From an uncultured Actinomycetota bacterium (GTDB lineage: Bacteria; Actinomycetota; Actinomycetes; CAVWCF01): a DNA stretch of 64,000 nt. The translations under genes were made by a program, and so were the position numbers. The notes under the pieces were generated by a model. It was given only the letters and a program-made list of their open reading frames with translations. It was not told the origin of the DNA and did not search any database. This document shows positions 60,818-64,000 of this stretch, piece by piece. Positions within the stretch are counted from its first letter, which is position 1, and every line of letters starts with the position of its first letter. The stretch lies in contig CAVWCF010000001.1 of assembly GCA_963753435.1 (NCBI GenBank), positions 768,001 to 832,000 of the forward strand, read 5' to 3'.

Positions 60818-61591
60818 CTACCGCAACGGCCGGGACGGGTAGCCGGTGTCGAAGTGCATGTAGTCGGGGACCGAGATGTTCTGCCAGATCCAGCCTTCGT
60901 CGGTGAACGCCGCCCAAACGGGTCCACCCTCGACGATGACCCCGGGACCCTCCCGGGTAGTCCCGAACTCGTCGCTCGGACTCCAGCAACGGCACCGGGG
61001 GTCCTGCCAGGGGTTCTCGTACGGGTTGATGTCGATGGCGCGGCCATTGGCATGTGGTGATTTCGACGCTGGCGCGTTGGCCTGTGCGGCGGACCGGCAG
61101 TTGTACGCGCCGGTGTTGTCGTCAGCCATGCTGGCCTCGTTGTCACCGCCGTAGGCGTCGAGCGGAACCATCTGGCGAATGGGGAACTCCGCCTCGAATA
61201 TCCGCGTGAAGATGCGCGCCAGGCTGTCGGCGACGTCAGCGTTGACAACGATTGCGCCGCGGCGGACCTCACCCTCGAAGTCGTAGTGGTTGACCTCAAG
61301 CCGGCGCAGGGTCTGCTGCGTCATCGGGCATCCAGGCCGCCACATCCCGGCTGCCACCATTGCCTGCCACTGGTCGTCACTGATGGCCAGAATCTCCGGG
61401 TCAGCAGACGGTGGTTCGGGAGTTGGGGTGGCGGTTGGACTTGGGGTCACCGGCCGGGAAGTCACCGGTGCCGGGCTGGTGCTGATCGGGTCCGAGGCGG
61501 GCGCACTGCTGTCCGATCCGGTGCACCCGAGCAGGCCAAACAGAAGTACCGCGGCTCCCGCCGCAGCCGGGAAACGGACGTGCCGCACCAA
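60818..61591 (-). CDS. M15 family metallopeptidase lipoprotein (D-Ala-D-Ala carboxypeptidase-like)
   Basis: Lipobox LLGC, WRPGCP, DNTGAYNCR, SPHANGRAIDINP, DYMHF. Confidence 0.88.
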   Translation of the reverse strand: MVRHVRFPAAAGAAVLLFGLLGCTGSDSSAPASDPISTSPAPVTSRPVTPSPTATPTPEPPSADPEILAISDDQWQAMVAAGMWRPGCPMTQQTLRRLEVNHYDFEGEVRRGAIVVNADVADSLARIFTRIFEAEFPIRQMVPLDAYGGDNEASMADDNTGAYNCRSAAQANAPASKSPHANGRAIDINPYENPWQDPRCRCWSPSDEFGTTREGPGVIVEGGPVWAAFTDEGWIWQNISVPDYMHFDTGYPSRPLR

Positions 61592-61649
61592 TCACTCCAA
61601 CCGCGTTTGTTCGCCAGACGATAGGCAGAGTTGGTCGCGGAATGCGACG

Positions 61650-63053
61650 TCAGCAACGGTAGAAGCGTGCCGCGGTGTCGCTGACCACGCCCGTGGAACC
61701 AACGGCCGTGACCGCCCCCGCCCCCAGCGACGCCCGCGCGTTCTCGGTGGCGGAAGTAACGCAGGTGCCGGAGGTGAGCAGCATCGGAGCGTTCTCCCTA
61801 TCGGCGATGGGGACCGCGGAAAGGGCGTCGGGGAAGTTGAGCCCGGTCGAGAGCATGACGGTTGCCGAAGACCCGAATTGCTTGGCGATGACCGCGGCCG
61901 TGGCGTATCGATCGGACCCGGCGAGTCGACTCACGGTGCCGCTCGTGTAGGAGCGCAAGAGGGTCTCGACCCCGGACGACACGACGCCGGTGCTACCGAG
62001 AATGACGATCCGGCCCGGGCGCAGGCGTTGCAGCGCCGCGGCGGTGGCGTCTGGGATCGACTTGGTCGATACCAGGAGCATCGGGGAACCGTTGCGCGCC
62101 GCCAGCGGGCCACCCGCCAAGGCGTCGGGGAAGTTGGACCCGGTCGCGACATAAACGATGCCCACCCCGGGCGCGAATGCCTCCGACAGCGCGGCGGCTG
62201 TCGAGTACCTGTTGGCTCCGGCGACGCGCTGCACCGGGCCCGAGGTGTACGCCGCCAAGGCTGCTTCCACCGCGGCGGAGACAACACCAGTGCTGCCGAC
62301 GACAACGATGCGTTGCGGGCGCAGGCGCTGCAGTTCGGCCGCCACCGCCGGCGGAATCGAGTTGACGTCGACCGGCAGGACCGGTCCTCCGGCTCGAGCC
62401 GCGATGGGGCCGGCGGCCAGGCCGTCTGGGAAGTTGCGCCCGGTTGCGATGTAGGCGACCGGAACACCGGGCGCGAACGTTGATTCGCTGAGGCTGGAAG
62501 CGGTGGCGTACCGGTCATCGCCGGCCAACCTCTCGACGGTGACCGTCGGCGGCGGCACGTCCTCAGCGAGGCTGCGCGTGGTGGCGATGAAGTTCATCGT
62601 GGCCCAGACGCGACCGTTCTTCACGACGACGCCGAGACCGACCCAGTTGACCTTGCTGTCGAGGATGTTGGCGCGGTGCCCGGACGAGTTCATGAAGGCG
62701 TTGTAGACCGAGGCGACGCTGGATGCGTACCCGACGTTCTCGGACAGCCGCGTCCAGGAACTCGTCACCCGCGACGAGATCTGACTCGCGTACGCGGGGT
62801 TGTGGTACAGCCTGTTTTCAGCCGCCATGCGCGCCGACCACGGCCGCGATACCAAGTCGTTGGCATCCCTTGAGAGCTTCACTGGGGCAACGCCGGCGGC
62901 TGCGCGGGAGGTGTTGATGCGGTCCAGCAGGTCGAACTCCGCAGACGTGACCGCCGACGCGGCCGAAGGCTGCACCACGACCAGGCCGACGAGAAGCAAC
63001 GCCGCCATCGCCAACAGCGCGACGACGCGCTGGGTGCTACCAACTACCGACAT
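61650..63053 (-). CDS. Secreted CAP (SCP) domain protein with three cell-wall-binding repeat 2 (CWB2) modules
   Basis: Signal peptide; INTSRAAAG, ENVG, FMNSSGHRANIL; repeats RLAGDDRYATA, RVAGANRYSTA, RLAGSDRYATA, each with a TGxNFPD(A/G)L motif. Confidence 0.88.
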   Translation of the reverse strand: MSVVGSTQRVVALLAMAALLLVGLVVVQPSAASAVTSAEFDLLDRINTSRAAAGVAPVKLSRDANDLVSRPWSARMAAENRLYHNPAYASQISSRVTSSWTRLSENVGYASSVASVYNAFMNSSGHRANILDSKVNWVGLGVVVKNGRVWATMNFIATTRSLAEDVPPPTVTVERLAGDDRYATASSLSESTFAPGVPVAYIATGRNFPDGLAAGPIAARAGGPVLPVDVNSIPPAVAAELQRLRPQRIVVVGSTGVVSAAVEAALAAYTSGPVQRVAGANRYSTAAALSEAFAPGVGIVYVATGSNFPDALAGGPLAARNGSPMLLVSTKSIPDATAAALQRLRPGRIVILGSTGVVSSGVETLLRSYTSGTVSRLAGSDRYATAAVIAKQFGSSATVMLSTGLNFPDALSAVPIADRENAPMLLTSGTCVTSATENARASLGAGAVTAVGSTGVVSDTAARFYRC

Positions 63054-63312
63054 GACCTCCCCTGCCTACGAGGGGTAGATCGGTTCGCGGGGAGGCCGTG
63101 CGTACGACCGATCGGGTGGTCCGGTCCCGGCGCTAGACCGGACGGGTGACCTCAGGCGAGCGGGACCTAGGTCCTTGTGATTCGAATTGGATTCGAGTTG
63201 CCTCGATTGTGGAACCGCCCGTGCCCCCAGTGGTCCGTAGCAGAATCACTTCCAAGGCGCGGGCGGCTCCACGCGAAGTGTCAGACCACGCAACGTCTAA
63301 ATCAACAAAGGC

Positions 63313-63344
63313 AGAAGCCGCATGCGATCAGCACGCGGTTTTCT
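63313..63344 (-). terminator. Hairpin terminator after tRNA-Asn
   Basis: Minus strand AGAAAACCGCGTGC-TGATC-GCATGCGGCTTCT followed by GCCTTTGTT. Confidence 0.6.
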
Positions 63345-63351
63345 CGGCTCG

Positions 63352-63427
63352 TGGCTCCCGCGATTGGACTCGAACCAATAACCTGCCGGTTAACAGCCGG
63401 CTGCTCTGCCAATTGAGCTACGCGGGA
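63352..63427 (-). tRNA. tRNA-Asn (GTT)
   Basis: TCCCGCGTAGCTCAATTGGCAGAGCA GCCGG-CTGTTAA-CCGGC AGGTTATTGGTTCGAGTCCAATCGCGGGAGCCA. Confidence 0.97.
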
Positions 63428-63479
63428 TTGGCGGGGTGGAACGGTACCAGCCGGTTGAGGCCATCCCGAATGCCCAGGA

Positions 63480-63941
63480 TCAGGGCAGCAATCCCTTCAG
63501 TCGTTCCACCTCACGGGTCGCCTCGGCCCGAATCTCGGGATCATCGGCATCAAGGTTGTCGAAGATCACGGTCCAGTGGATCTCCCCTCCCGAGGGCGGT
63601 CGGCGAGCCATGATCACCGCGCTGCCGCGAGACAGCGGCACCCGCTCAGACAGGACGATGCTGGCCTCCACCCGTTCCCGCACCACCTCGGGTAGCCGGG
63701 TCTCGTCCAGCCCCAGGGTCAGCCTGATCTCGCCGAGGTCACCTCGCCGCAACACCAAGACCCCCTCATCCCAAGAGGCCCGGTGCACCGACTCCCATGG
63801 GACCTGCTGGCCGTCCGCCAGCACCAGACACGACTCTGTGGCCACGACCCACCCGGTGGCCGCCTCTGCCCAGCCCAGCGCCCGCCCGCCCGGCGGTACC
63901 AACGCGGCGGCTTCGGCCGGGGCGCGCCGAAACAGGCTCAT
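63480..63941 (-). CDS. Conserved actinobacterial hypothetical protein
   Basis: PWESVHRASWD, RLPEVVRERVEASIV; ATGA-coupled to the upstream gene. Confidence 0.7.
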   Translation of the reverse strand: MSLFRRAPAEAAALVPPGGRALGWAEAATGWVVATESCLVLADGQQVPWESVHRASWDEGVLVLRRGDLGEIRLTLGLDETRLPEVVRERVEASIVLSERVPLSRGSAVIMARRPPSGGEIHWTVIFDNLDADDPEIRAEATREVERLKGLLP

Positions 63942-64000
63942 CCCGCCCCGACTAGCCGATCCCGCAGGGCGCGCCGCTGCTGTTCCAGATCTAGCAGTTG
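63938..64000 (-). CDS. dnaG: C-terminal end of probable DNA primase (runs off window end)
   Basis: QLLDLEQQRRALRDRLVGAG* resembles actinobacterial DnaG C-termini; dnaG-X-tRNA-Asn order. Confidence 0.5.
   Translation of the reverse strand, partial: QLLDLEQQRRALRDRLVGAG

Noticed and set aside
63054-63300. c-di-AMP (ydaO) riboswitch
   Set aside because: The conserved GCCGAAUC...GGAAC and CCCGUCAGCUAAC segments are not present; kept only as an unknown structured leader.
54804-63350. Island or prophage at tRNA-CAT/tRNA-Asn
   Set aside because: No mobility or phage genes, and no direct repeat of either tRNA end was seen.
162-63613. Numerous long overlapping or antisense ORFs in the track (e.g. 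2652-4040, 10809-12551, 23090-24460, 29003-30427, 44074-45576)
   Set aside because: Shadow ORFs expected at about 70% GC. They lie opposite or out of frame to clearly recognisable genes and show no motifs.

Overview
High-GC actinobacterial (Actinomycetia) chromosomal segment, mostly conserved core genes on the minus strand: comEC/comEA-degV-leuS, rsfS-nadD-proAB-obgE-rpmA-rplU, a TPP-riboswitch thiamine ABC transporter, rne, a radical SAM pair, mreBCD-mrdA-rodA, ndk-folC/valS, tig-clpP1P2-clpX, rpiB/pepN, ctaI/ctaJ-like, glbO, ettA, ssb and the 3' end of dnaG. It also has five tRNAs (Ala-GGC, Pro-TGG, Gly-TCC, CAT [probably Ile2], Asn-GTT). Two accessory patches stand out. (1) 40567-42215 is a translationally coupled pair: a Rieske-oxygenase-family protein that keeps its mononuclear-iron catalytic domain but lacks the whole [2Fe-2S] Rieske motif, followed by a red chlorophyll catabolite reductase (RCCR)/ferredoxin-dependent bilin reductase-like protein. 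This mirrors the plant PAO+RCCR chlorophyll-breakdown pair. (2) 56679-57922 is a DUF169-like Cys-rich protein + 2x[4Fe-4S] ferredoxin + DUF2621/PCP_red-like operon. Apparent frameshifts in rne and a GNAT gene suggest indel errors in the assembly. Many genes look leaderless. No CRISPR, rRNA, integrase or transposase was seen. All family calls come from motif recognition by eye, not database searches.
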